Assembly: GCF_006345805.1 (NCBI RefSeq)
Contig: NW_021833587.1
Location: 1-57,991 of the forward strand
Direction: 5' to 3'
Length of the DNA stretch: 57,991 nt
Origin: Octopus sinensis
Lineage: Eukaryota
The notes beneath the pieces were generated by a model that worked only from the letters and a program-made list of their open reading frames with translations, ran no database searches and was not told the DNA's origin. Position numbers and translations under genes: made by a program. Positions 23,884 through 35,794 of this stretch are shown in pieces; within the stretch, counting starts at the first letter, position 1; the number at the start of each line of letters is the position of its first letter.

Positions 23884-24929
23884 TATTATTGAGTAACTGG
23901 TTAGTCTCCAGAGCCGTTGTAACGTTGATAACTACTGTGACACTAATAATTGTTGTAAGAAGACTAACTGTTACATTAACAATATTGCTGTAACATCTAA
24001 ACTTGTGACATGACGAGTTTTGTATATAGTAAGGGGTAAAATGTTAGAATCTGTAGAGGCACAGATGTTCTGAGTTCAAACCTTGCTCTTGTCAATTTTG
24101 TTTTATCATCAATATATTATCGTGGTGTATATCTAATCAACTGTGCCTCGAATTTAGAACCAGAAAATTTTCAATTCTTTATAGCCATATTTTACAAACT
24201 AAGACCTAGAATGGAATGTTGCTCTCACAAACAAGATGGTATGACTTCCACCCATGGCCATCACATCAAAAACAGGTTACTTTCTTGACTGTTACGAAGT
24301 TGCACACAAAAGCATTCCTATCCCTGATTAACATACTACCACCTCTTTCTACGTTTTCTACCTCAACTACAACGGCGATTGCTCTTCAGAATAGCCTCTT
24401 CTCATGATGATACTCTCGACATATTCGTTTCTTCTTCTCTTCTCAGCCATATACTGCGAATCCCACCCACTCTAGTTCCACATTAACCACCACACCGAAC
24501 CCTTCGTCCACATAATGTTGCCTCTCTGAACATTCCCCCTGCAGCCGTTATCTCACAGTTGCTTAAGAACAGTCAACGCCATTAATACCAATGTGAGGGC
24601 TACGGGCACGGCCCTTCCACTAGAGCAAACCTTTAAAGAGGGATGCATTGAAGTATTTATCAACAGCATTGATAAGACAATGGTTGAATACCGGACTAAT
24701 GGCAATGGATAGTAAAACCAGAAGTGTACTGGACTCATAGCAAGGAATAGATTGATATACCTACACGACTTATTATCACTTGAATCAAAGATAAATTTCA
24801 AGGAGAAATTTGTCAGAATGTCCACAAGAAGCGGCACTAGAAACGTATTGCCAGAGTCATTGGAAAAGTTCCGTTCAAACGGATTAACGATTAACGAGGT
24901 TAACTTTTCAATTAACGGTACCCACCTCT

Positions 24930-24964
<35 letters not shown>

Positions 24965-24966
<2 letters not shown>

Positions 24967-25080
24967 TGGTTCCGAGTTCAGTCCCACTGCGTAGTACCTT
25001 GGGCAAGTGTCTTCTACTATAGCCTCGGGATGACCAAAGTTTTTGTAGACGGAAACTGAAAGAAGCCCGTCTTACATATA
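24965..25080 (+). mobile_element. SINE B fragment (5' part)
   Basis: Homology to family B. Confidence 0.8.
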
Positions 25081-25165
25081 TATAATTAAATAAATGGAGT
25101 TGAACGAAGATGTTATTAAAATTCTTTTACTTTCGACATATGTTTCGAAGACATATATATATATA

Positions 25166-25352
25166 TCATCATCATCATCATCATTTAACGTCCGTTTTCC
25201 ATGGTAGCATGGGTTGGACGGTTTTGACTGAGGGCTGGCAACCAGATGGCTGCACCAGACTCCAGTCTTAATCTGGCAGAGTTTCTATAGCTGGATGCCC
25301 TTCCTAACGCCAACCACTCCGAGAGTGTAGTGGGTGCTTTTTACGTGCCACC
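25166..25352 (-). mobile_element. SINE/LINE 3' end with (ATG)n tail
   Basis: Minus strand GGTTGGCGTTAGGAAGGGCATCCAGC...GGACGTTAAATGATGATG; the (ATG)n tail suggests an RTE partner. Confidence 0.6.
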
Positions 25353-25355
25353 TGA

Positions 25356-25386
<31 letters not shown>

Positions 25387-25511
25387 ATTATTCATTTTAT
25401 TTCAACATTTCTTGCCAATAGACAAAGAACCGGTTTCTAACCTAGATCCAAGGTTTCTTCTCTAGAATTTCAACATCAACAACAGGGTATGTATGTATGT
25501 ATGTATGTATG

Positions 25512-25713
25512 TGTCCCCTTGCCATCACTTGACAACTGATGTTGTTGTGTTTATCTTCCTCGTAATCTAACGGTTTAACTGAAGAGATCGATAAAATAAA
25601 TACTAGGCTTACAAAGAATAAGGTGCTGGGGTCAATTTCTTCGACTAACCCTTTAAGGTGGTGCTGCAGCATGGCCACTGTCAAATAACTGAAGCAAGTA
25701 AAAGAAAGTAAAA
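25512..25713 (+). mobile_element. SINE B 3' half
   Basis: Homology to family B. Confidence 0.8.
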
Positions 25714-25895
25714 TAATGCACACACGTTAATGTATTCCCTTTGCAAATGAAAATGGAAAGGAACTTTTGTAGGTGGGGTAGGGTCGGGATGTAAGGATTC
25801 CGCTGATTGAGGATAGATATATGAGAGGGAGAGGGCGTGAAAGAGCCGAAGATGAGGGTGGCACGTGTGTGTGTACGTGTGTGTGTGTGTGTGTG

Positions 25896-25938
<43 letters not shown>

Positions 25939-26389
25939 CGTTTGCTGTGTACGTGAAGCGTGAAACGCTTTGTTGATTGTCACGTACGAATGATAAAGCT
26001 CGGGATGGGGAGATTGAATGTAATATGGAAATGAATGGGCGTGGGAGGGGTAGAAGGAAGGAAGAAAGAAAGAAAGGAAGAAAGAACGAACCACTGAATG
26101 GAATGGAGAAATACGAATTTTTTTTTTAAATGATGAAAGAGGGAAACGAACAAACGAAAGAACGAAGATTAGAATATTTAAATGCCGTGACAGGTCGAGA
26201 AATACATACATACATATGCATGTATGTATATGTGTGTATGTACACACACATGCATATATACCTATATACGTATGTACATGAATAAATGAATATATATTTG
26301 TGGATACGTGCGTATATATACATTCATATAAGAAATTTAGTCTACCTTCGTCTTGTAATCCGAAATTGTTTTGCGTCAGGACAGATATA

Positions 26390-26430
<41 letters not shown>

Positions 26431-26465
26431 CACATACATACATATATATATAAAGAGAGAGAGGT

Positions 26466-26782
26466 GAAGGCGCATGGCTCAATGGTAATAGCGTCGATAT
26501 TACGACCGTGAGGTTGTGAGTTCGTTTGGTGTTCTTGGGCAAGACACTTTATTTCACGTTGCTCCAGTTCACTCAGCTGTAGAAATGAGTTGCTATATCA
26601 CAGTTGCCAAGCTGTATCGGCCCCTTTGCCTTTCCCTTGGATAATATCAGTGGTGTGCAGAAGGGAGGCCGGTATGCATGGGTGACTGCTGGTCTTTCAT
26701 AAACAACCTTGCCCGGACTTGCGCTTTGGAGGGGAACTTTCTAGGTGCAATCCCACGGTCATTCGTCACCGAAGGGGGACTC
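26466..26782 (+). mobile_element. SINE family C, near full length
   Basis: tRNA-like head GAAGGCGCATGGCTCAATGG..GAGTTCG, and the body shared with 32252-32566 and 37547-37681. Confidence 0.88.
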
Positions 26783-26790
26783 CGCAATAT

Positions 26791-26836
<46 letters not shown>

Positions 26837-27087
26837 ACAGACAGACAGAGAGTTAGTGCTTTTTGTGGCTTTTTGAGTTGTTTTTGAGTCTTGCTTCTAG
26901 CAATGCTGGTACTATCTTATACCCTTGGTTATAAATTTGCCTTTAAGGTTCGAATTGCTAGCGCACCACCTATATTATTTATACTATACACTTCTGCCGT
27001 TTTAAATTAGCGCACGCTTTCAACAGTTTTTTTTTTCTTTTTCATGAGTTGACGTGGCGAGTTATGCTTAACCCTAGGCGCAGTAAA

Positions 27088-27145
27088 ATCCACTGACGAG
27101 AACTGAGACGAAGTGATTCAGTGTTCGAAATCACGTGAAATGGAT
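27088..27145 (+). ncRNA. Type I hammerhead ribozyme motif with palindromic stem III
   Basis: ATCCA-CTGACGA-GAACTGA...TCAGTGTTC-GAAA-TCACGTGA-AA|TGGAT. Stem I is a perfect 5 bp and the core is intact except U16.1>A. Confidence 0.7.
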
Positions 27146-27748
27146 ATATCTGCTAGTTCTTTTATGAGTTTGTCTCACTACTGTAAGGAGCTTTCTCGCT
27201 TCCTCTCTTTCGTCAACTTATTCAGTTGGTGCTTTTTGTGAGGTTTTGTAATTTTACTTACAGAAGAATATCCCAAGAATACAGCAGGGACGTTGGAATA
27301 TTCTTCCCTCTGTAAAATTACGCTGCATCTGATGATTAAGGTTTTTTGTAATGGAATAATGTTCTCATTCTTGTATTAGAAAATGTGTAAGAAACAGCTG
27401 TAATGAGCTGACAATCATCCATCTTCTGTTGTTGTTCATATAATTATGTATGTATGTATGTAAGTATGTTTGTTTGTTTGTTTGTATTGTGTGTGCAATG
27501 AAGAGGTGAACAGGCAAAGAAAGCCACTGTATAGCGTGGTGAAGAGAATATAGACGTTTCATCCAACTGTCTTTTGTCAAAATAAATGCCATTTACTCAC
27601 CACGCGTATTTATTATATCTTAATCACTTCAATTGTTTTTGGTTTCTGCTTGTTACATCTACATCCTGTTATAACAATTCAACTAATATTTTATATCATT
27701 ACTGGAACAATTCAATACCATACACTAAATAAGCTAAATATCGCATTG

Positions 27749-27807
<59 letters not shown>

Positions 27808-27962
27808 ATAGACACGCAATTTCATAAACAACCTTTCTCACTAATTAACGTCCCTTACTGTCACCTCCCCCCTCTCTCTCTGATGCGCACGCAAACACTC
27901 ACTCAGAGACCCACCCATACGTATGTGCGAGTTTACTTCAACATTTTGCACGTTTAATACCT

Positions 27963-28150
27963 ATTTCCTTATTACCCACAAGAGGCTAAACACAGAGGGG
28001 ACAAACAAGGACAGACGTAGGTATTAAATCGATTACATCGACCCCAGTGCGTAACTGGTACTTAATTTATCGACCCCGAAAGGATGAAAGGCAAAGTCGA
28101 CCTCGGCGGAATTTGAACTCACAACGTAACGGCAGACGAAATACCGCTAA
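27963..28150 (-). mobile_element. SINE A1, 5'-truncated, with 15-bp TSD
   Basis: GCACGTTTAATACCT at 27948-27962 and 28151-28165. Confidence 0.92.
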
Positions 28151-28451
28151 GCACGTTTAATACCTTCATGGCATTTTTCACATAGCGCTTCGCCTGGCTT
28201 GCTCTTCTTGGCTGGAAACCACTAACACTTGCTTACTTGCATCTACCTCGATAACTGCTCATACTTTACTTTTCGATCGTATTCATTTTTTTCTACTTTC
28301 CTTTCTCCTATCTATTTTGACAAAGTAGAATTGACTGAAACGTCAAAATGACTTCCTTCTTTACACAACATAATACATTGACTTCGTACTCTCGTTTATC
28401 ATTGTTCTGCTGTCTTTGCATTTACGTGAATTTTCACCCGAAATACCTGGC

Positions 28452-28511
<60 letters not shown>

Positions 28512-29157
28512 CATCCTCCCGACAGTGTCAGACATTGAGAAAAATGATGACGAATACTGCCCCCCTCCTCCGCATCTGAACCAGAGAGAACACAAGAGAC
28601 AGACATGCTGGCAGACAGGCAAGCAGACGGACAGACGCAGAGTGAATGTAAGAGTGAGAGCGGAAGTGGGAGGTTAGACATCGTGTTTTGTGAAAAGATT
28701 AATGTGAATTTAATATGTGAAAAGGAAGTCGTTGTTTAACCCCAGGTCATGTTGATCGAGTTGACTTAAGATGAAGGCATTCCAGCCATGACCATCCCGA
28801 CTTTTTCCTAATGTAATATAACCCTAGTCTATATTATCTACTATAACCTTTTCCAAGATGTTAGGTTATAATTTGAGTGAAATTTGGCGGTTATTTCTTA
28901 GAGGGTGAATGACCACGTAGCGTCTTCCTTGTTGGTTCATGGAGAGGAAGGAGGAAAGAGTAGAATGATGGAGAAAGAGAGGGAGGGAGAGAGAGAAGAG
29001 ATAGACAGAGAGAGGGAGGGAAACAGACATAAACAGACCAACACAGACAGACAGGCAGAGATAGACAGGGAGACAGACAGACGGACAGAGACAGGCAGAT
29101 AGACAGATAGATGTGAGTAAATAGTCCAGAAGAGTGAGGGGGAGAGTCAGTGTCCAT

Positions 29158-29262
29158 AAGAGAGGAGGGAGTAGGAAGGAGAGAAGAGGACGTAGGAAGA
29201 AGAGAGGAGGGAGTAGGAAGGAGAGAAGAGGACGTAGGAAGAAGAGAGGAGGGAGTAGCAAG
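29158..29262. repeat. Purine-rich tandem repeat (about 42 bp, about 2.5 copies)
   Basis: GAGAGGAGGGAGTAGGAAGGAGAGAAGAGGACGTAGGAAGAA is repeated. Confidence 0.85.
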
Positions 29263-29332
29263 GAGAGAGATGGTAAGAGGGAAAGGGAAAAGGTTGGAAA
29301 TACAGGGAGGAAGAGAAAGAGAGGGAGACAGT

Positions 29333-29752
29333 ATCTTTTATTCTTTCGTTTACTTGTTTCAGTCATTGGACTGCGGCCATGCTGGGGCAACATCTTAAAG
29401 GGTTTCAACAGAACGAATCGTCGCCAGTACTTACTTTCAGTTTTTAAAGTCAGGTATTTCTTCTATTGATCATTTTTGCAGAACCGATAATTCACGAAAA
29501 TTTAAACAAACCAACACCGGCTGTGAATCGGTGGTGCAAACAAACACAAACACAGATATGTACACACACACACATACACACACATATGATGGGCTTCTTA
29601 CAGTTTCCATCTACGAAATCTACTCACAAAAGTCTTTGGTCGGCTGGGAGGCTTTATTAAAAAATACTTGGCTAAAGCACTATGCAGAAGGACCGAACCC
29701 GGAACCATGTGGTTGAGAAGCAAACTTCTTACCACAGAGCCACACCTGCGCC
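29333..29752 (-). mobile_element. SINE B, full length, diverged
   Basis: Head ends at 29752 and the tail starts at about 29333. Confidence 0.85.
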
Positions 29753-29870
29753 AATAAATAATAAGCTTTATTTTTAAAATGGCGGTAAATTTAAGTGAAA
29801 GAGATCAGTTTTAATTACGTATTTGACTATGCATGTGTGTGTTGCATATGTCATTAATTTTATCTGTGTG

Positions 29871-29908
<38 letters not shown>

Positions 29909-29909
<1 letters not shown>

Positions 29910-30316
29910 CTCTCTATATATAAACGGCAGTTTGTCTGTCTGTGTGTCTGTGTGGCTGTCAGGTTGTACCCTCACCCTGACCACGGCTTTCAACCGATTC
30001 TGATGAAACTTGACACTCACATAGCCCAATGTCATAATTCAAAACTAACGCAGCAAAAATTTTGAAAATTTCCCCCAGTTCTGAAAAAAATCGATAAATT
30101 CGACATGGGGTCGAGAAACTAAGCTTTTTATATGCAACACATTTTCTGTCGGGAGACAGCTAGGAACATCGTATACATAGAAGTATTCGAGTGAAGAGAA
30201 GACATTGCAACCTACACATGCTCCTTCGTTCCCTAGAGGGAAAGAACTAGATTGGGATTAGTCGTTGCCTACTAGGGGCACTTACATACCCGGGCAACGC
30301 CGGGCTATGCTGCTAG
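29909..30316 (+). mobile_element. Non-autonomous Helitron (408 bp)
   Basis: 5' A|TC start, 3' hairpin CCCGGGCAACGCCGGG followed 8 nt later by CTAG|T; inserted in an AT dinucleotide with no TSD. Confidence 0.88.
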
Positions 30317-30583
30317 TCTACTATATATTTGTGCAAAGAGCGGACGTTGTCTCACAAGCAGTTGTGCAGGCAAAAGTGTTAGGAAATGTGGTCGGATTTA
30401 CCTGGAAATTTGCACACCTATGTTAGAAGTGCTGGGGAGTTTGCTCAATTGAAAGGTGTGACCTCTAGGACAAAATTCCTCACCTTTAAAATGTGGCCCG
30501 AGTAGACCCGAATGAAATCGGGTTATAATACTTGTATATATATTAATAAGCGCCCTCTCCCTCTCATATATCTATCCTCAATG

Positions 30584-30880
30584 GCACCTTGAGCAAGTGT
30601 CTCTACTATAGCCTCGGGCTGACCAAATCCTTGAGGATGGATTTGGTAGATGGGAACTAAAAAAAGCCCGTGGTATATACATGTTTGTGTGCTTGTCTCC
30701 CTCCTCCACCACCGCTTGACAACCGGTGCTGGTGTGTCTACGTCCCCGTAACTTAGCGGTTCGGCATAAGAGACCAATAGAATAAGTACTACGTTTACAA
30801 AGAATAAGTCCCGGGGTCGATTTGCTCGACTAAAGGCGGTGCTCCAGCATGGTCGCAGTCAAATGAAAGAAACATGTAAT
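30584..30880 (+). mobile_element. SINE B, 5'-truncated
   Basis: Homology to family B. Confidence 0.85.
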
Positions 30881-30889
30881 ACAAAAAAA

Positions 30890-30890
30890 G

Positions 30891-30973
<83 letters not shown>

Positions 30974-31385
30974 ATGTATGATTATGTGATGGGGGTCATG
31001 GATGTATATGTTGATGTTTGTGAATATGTTATATGTGTTTCTGTGTGTGTGTGTGTGTCTGCCCGTATGTGCGTATATATGCATGTGTTTCTACGTTTGT
31101 GTGAGTGTGCATGTGTTTGTGTGCGTATATGTATGTATTTATGTGCGTTTCTGCGTTTGTTTGTACGTGTGTGTGTGAGAGAGAGAGAGTGTGTGTGTGA
31201 GAGAGAGAGTGCGTGTGTGTTTGACTGTGAGTGTGAGGGTGTGTGTGTGAGAGAGTGTGTGTGTGTGAGAGTTTGTTTCTGTTGTGTGTATGTGTGTGTG
31301 TTTGTGTGTTTCTGTTGTGTGTGTGTGTGAGTGTGTGTGTATGTGTGTGTGTGTGTGTGTATTTGTGTGTGTGTGTGTGTTCTGA
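30890..31385. repeat. (CA)n/(TA)n/(TG)n microsatellite field
   Basis: Directly visible. Confidence 0.92.
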
Positions 31386-32251
31386 AATAAGGATTCATCT
31401 AAAAGACTCATAATATATATACACACAAAAATATATATATACACCCGCCGAATGAGATAAACAGTTTTGTTGTTCTGTGAACAGGTGTGGAAAGTAAACA
31501 GCGCTGTATTATCTCCCCCCCCCCCACCCCCTACTCTGATCCCCCCCCCCTTTTCCCCAATTCCTACCCAACCCCCATCCCTATTACTACTACTACTACA
31601 ACTACTTATACTTATACTTCTACTACTACTACTACTGCTGATAAACTGATTTATCACCTCTAACACTCCTCAGTTGTCAACAGCTTCTCCGCTTTTTGTC
31701 CCTTTTCTTTTTCTGTTTCTCCTTTTTTTTTGGTATGTTTGTCCCAGTCAAACGCTGTTGACAGATGATACCCCGCAAAAAAAGACAAGTGGGAGGATAT
31801 CCCGCCGGTGGGGGGACACCCCTCTATAGCTTATCCCTCTCTCTCACAAACCCCTTCACTCCTTTTATCTCATTATGTCTTACTTTCTTTGTGTTTGTGC
31901 TACCTTTAGTTTTTTTTTTTTTTTTTAGTTAATGATACCAATTAACAGCGGATCGTTTTTTTTTTTAACCCCTATCTTCTCCCCTTTTTTCTTTTTTTCT
32001 TTTCTTTGTATAAATGATAGCTGTTTTGAGTCTTTTTTATTTTCTCTTTGTAAGAGAAGCTAAAGGTGTGTTTGAATGGAACCCGTTTGGTGGAAAAGTG
32101 AGCTTTTCTTTTTATTGTTTTGTAAAGCGGTGAAGGGGGGGCCTTTCAATAGAAGCTGCGAAAAGTTAAATATGTGCACACACGGACTCACACACACACA
32201 CACACACACACATACACACACACACACACATACTTGTAAAGATAAAAAGGG

Positions 32252-32566
32252 CTTCCACCTAGAAAGTTCCCTTCCGAGGCGCAAGTCCGAGCAACGTTGT
32301 TTTGTGAAAGACCAATAGTCGCCCATGTCGACCAGCCTGCCCCCCTCTACACGCCACTCCACTGATGTTATCCAAGGGAAAGATAAAGGCCGATACAGAG
32401 CTTGGCTGCCAATAATGTCGCAACTTCTTTCTAGAGTTGAGTGAACTGGAGTAACGTGAAATAAAGTGTCCTGCTCAAGAACGCAACATGCAGCCCGAGC
32501 CGGGAATCGAACTCACTACATCATGATTTTCAATCCGACACTGTAACCACTGAGCTATGCACCTTC
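32252..32566 (-). mobile_element. SINE family C
   Basis: Reverse complement of the 26466 copy. Confidence 0.85.
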
Positions 32567-33029
32567 ACATATACACATATATACGTACAGACACAGGGTG
32601 AACGCAAAGATTGGATACTTAAGCGGTTTTTGGAGGAGTAGCTAGCAAACACCTATGCTATGGCCACTGCTTTCGTATCATAGATTGCATCCGGTCATCC
32701 GAAACGGGATTTGTCCAAGGCCTGCCTGTTTCTTTGAACCTGCTTTCTATTGATATGGCTATCCTATGTGTCCACTCTAAAGTGAAATAAAGTGTGTTGC
32801 TCAAGAGCACAACATACAGCCCGATCCGGGAATCGAACTCACTATCTCATGATTGTCAACCCGACGCTCTGTCTACTGAGCTATGCGCCTTCACATACAT
32901 ACATATATACGTAGAGACACAGGGTGAACGTAAAGATTGGATACTTAAGCGGTTTTTGGCGGGGGGGGGGGGGGCTAGCAAACACCTTAGCTATGGCCGC
33001 TGCTTTCATATCATGGATTACACCCGGTC
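32456..33029. repeat. Diverged tandem duplication, period about 327 bp (SINE C head plus unique flank)
   Basis: GACACAGGGTGAACG.AAAGATTGGATACTTAAGCGGTTTTTGG..GCTAGCAAACACC occurs twice. Confidence 0.88.
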
Positions 33030-33190
33030 TTGAATTCCTCCCTCTTTAGAAAAAAAAACTTCTATTCAATCTGCAGTAGGGAAAACCCAGAATATTTAAG
33101 GTATTTTCCCATCATTCCAGACTTGAAGAGAAAAATCGAAGACGGTGTAAAAGAATAGCAGAATGTTTTAGTTTAATGTTCTGGAAGAAT

Positions 33191-33228
33191 GTCTTTAACG
33201 TTTCGAGCCCCTGCTCTTCTACAGAGAC
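33191..33228 (-). ncRNA. Minimal type I hammerhead ribozyme motif, CUGUAGA core variant
   Basis: Minus strand: GTCT-CTGTAGA-A-GAGC-aggg-GCTC-GAAAC-GTT|AAAGAC, with a perfect 4-bp stem II and palindromic ACGT stem III. Confidence 0.6.
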
Positions 33229-33331
33229 GATACATGAGGTGTGTGTGTGTGTGGTGTGTGTGTGTGTGTGCGCGCATACGTACTTATGAGAATTACACAC
33301 GCACACACACGCGCGCACACACATATGTAAG

Positions 33332-33641
33332 ACGAGTTTCTTTCAGTCTCCGTTTAGCAAATCCACTCACAAGACTTTGGTCGGCCCGAGGCTATAGTAG
33401 AATGCACTTGTCCAAGGTGCCACGCAGTGAGACTGAACCCGGAACCTTGTGGTTGGGAAGGAAGCTTTATACGAGTGGCTGTGTGGTAAGTAGCTTGCTA
33501 ACCAGCCACATGGTTCCGGGTTCAGTCCCACTGCGTGGCATCTTGGGCAAGTGTCTTCTGCTATAGCCTCGGGCCGACCAATGCTTTGTGAGTGGCTTTG
33601 GTAGACGGAAACTGAAAGAAGCCTGTCGTATATATGTATAT

Positions 33642-33677
<36 letters not shown>

Positions 33678-33866
33678 TTGTCCCCCTCGCATTGCTTGAC
33701 AACCGATGCTGGTGTGTTTACGTCCCCGTCACTTAGCGGTTCGGCAAAAAGAGACCGATAGAATAAGTACTGCGCTTACAAAGAATAAGACCCGGGGTCG
33801 ATTTGCTCGACTAAAGGCGGTGCTCCAGCATGGCCGCAGTCAAATGACTGAAACAAGTAAAAGAGT
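33332..33866. mobile_element. Two SINE B copies head to head: 5' half on - (33332-33470) and full copy on + (33473-33866)
   Basis: Homology to family B in opposite orientations. Confidence 0.88.
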
Positions 33867-33939
33867 ATATACATACACACACACACACACAGTATATATA
33901 GTACATAAACATATATACAGAGTGTATGTGCCTACGGCC

Positions 33940-34870
33940 ATCGAGTCTGTCGGGTTACCTATACAGCTTAGAACCTTATAGGTGCGAAACTAATGAACAT
34001 TCTCTCACCGGCCATAACCAACAACGCTTGAGTGTGAGGAGTAGATAGACAGCCGACAACTGATGAAGGGTCATTCTCTATGTTACTTGTCCTGTTTTCC
34101 GTTTGTTTCTCTCGTTGTTTACTTATTGAACTCATTTGTTTTCGTATTTCATGTTGTTTACTGTTGGTGACGTCCTATACCCAAATGTGCATGTGTGTGT
34201 GTGTGCGCTTGTATATATGCCTTCGAAACGTGGAGTAGTTGAAACAGGGACAACTGAAGAAGGGGAATATTCTTTATGTTGTATGTCTCGTTTCTCTGGG
34301 GTTTTTTTCGTTGTTCGAAAAAAGTTCGTTTCTACGTTTTTGTTTTTATGTTTTCGTTTCGCATTGTGTTCAACGTTTCTTTTTTTTTTTCGATGTCCTG
34401 TACCCATATATGCATGTATATATACATATATATGTAGGTATGTACATAAATTTATTTGTGTTACTGTTATTTTCTGTGTCCTGTCTTTTACTGTTTATAT
34501 TTTGTACTGTCGTTACCGTCCTGTTTTTGTTACCATTTTTACCCCTCCGCAAAAAATCTCAAATTTTATTTAATTTGATTTTCGCGGGAAGGAAAGTTTC
34601 ATTGAAGTCATGTATCGCCTTGACCTTCGAAACGTGGAGTAGATGAAATTAAGGCGACTGAAAAAGGGGAATTTTCCTTGTTTTGTATGTCACTCTATTT
34701 TTTCGTTGTTTTTAAAAAAATGTCCATTTCCTTGGTTTTGTGTTTATGTTTTCGTTTCTCATTGTGTTCGACGTTATTTTGGTGTCCTGTACCCATATAT
34801 GCATGTATATATACATGTAGAGGTAGGTACGTACATATATGTATGTATATATGCATATTTTTATTTATTT
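33940..34870 (+). repeat. Tandem T-rich repeat unit (about 2.5 copies), possibly a Penelope-like pseudo-LTR
   Basis: CCTTCGAAACGTGGAGTAG..ACTGAA(G/A)AAGGGG..TGTCCTGTACCCATATATGCATG recurs at about 34220 and about 34625, with a related CTGATGAAGGG at 34060. Confidence 0.6.
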
Positions 34871-34877
34871 ATTAATT

Positions 34878-34962
<85 letters not shown>

Positions 34963-35759
34963 TGTACAATAAAAGAATACATATATGTGTGTGCATTGTT
35001 ATTTCCCGAGACTTTTCGTGTTTTAATCCAAAATAGAGACGACAATTTTTCTGTGATTGACTGGAATAAATGTTGAGATTTTACTTAGTGTGAAACCAAT
35101 GGTAGCCTTAGTACGCAAATAAAGATTCTTTATCTACCAACGCGGTATTGAACACTCATTCTCACTGTTCAATATTTACGTACACACACACACACACACC
35201 CTTTCTGGTTTAAAAGTGGTAAAATATTATGTGTACGCTCGTTCACGCGCGCGTGTATGTGTGTGAGAGAGAGAGAGATTCAGTTGCTATTTCTAGCAAC
35301 TTGAACGACCTCACAGAAATTCTGTGTTTGACGTTGCGTGTCTGCGTGCGTGTGCGCGGATATGTATGTGTATGTATGTATATGTGTGAGCGTGTGTGAT
35401 TGTGTGTAAAATTAATGTGAATAGTTTGGCGAAAGAAAATAATTAGGTCGTAAATTGTCCGGTATAGACAAGTATATAAGAGAGATGTCTCAATTAAAAG
35501 GTGGTGTGTATAAACCTGTTAGGGAATGTTATTCACTTCCAGCCAGCCGTGACCAACCGAATAGTTTGTGTTTGGAAATAAGATCCTTTTCATAGCTTTT
35601 TACAGAAAACATATATAACAATAATGACGATGCGATGATGATGATGATGATATTTTCTGTATTAGCCGCAGTGACATGATAATTTCTTTTTAATAATAAT
35701 AAAAAAAATTATTATTATTATTGTTGTTGTTGTTGTTGTTGTTAATAATAATAATAATA

Positions 35760-35793
<34 letters not shown>

Positions 35794-35794
<1 letters not shown>

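Noticed and set aside
29995-30010. CTGATGAAAC as a hammerhead core
   Set aside because: It lies in the Helitron body, and CTGATGA and GAAAC overlap with no stem II.
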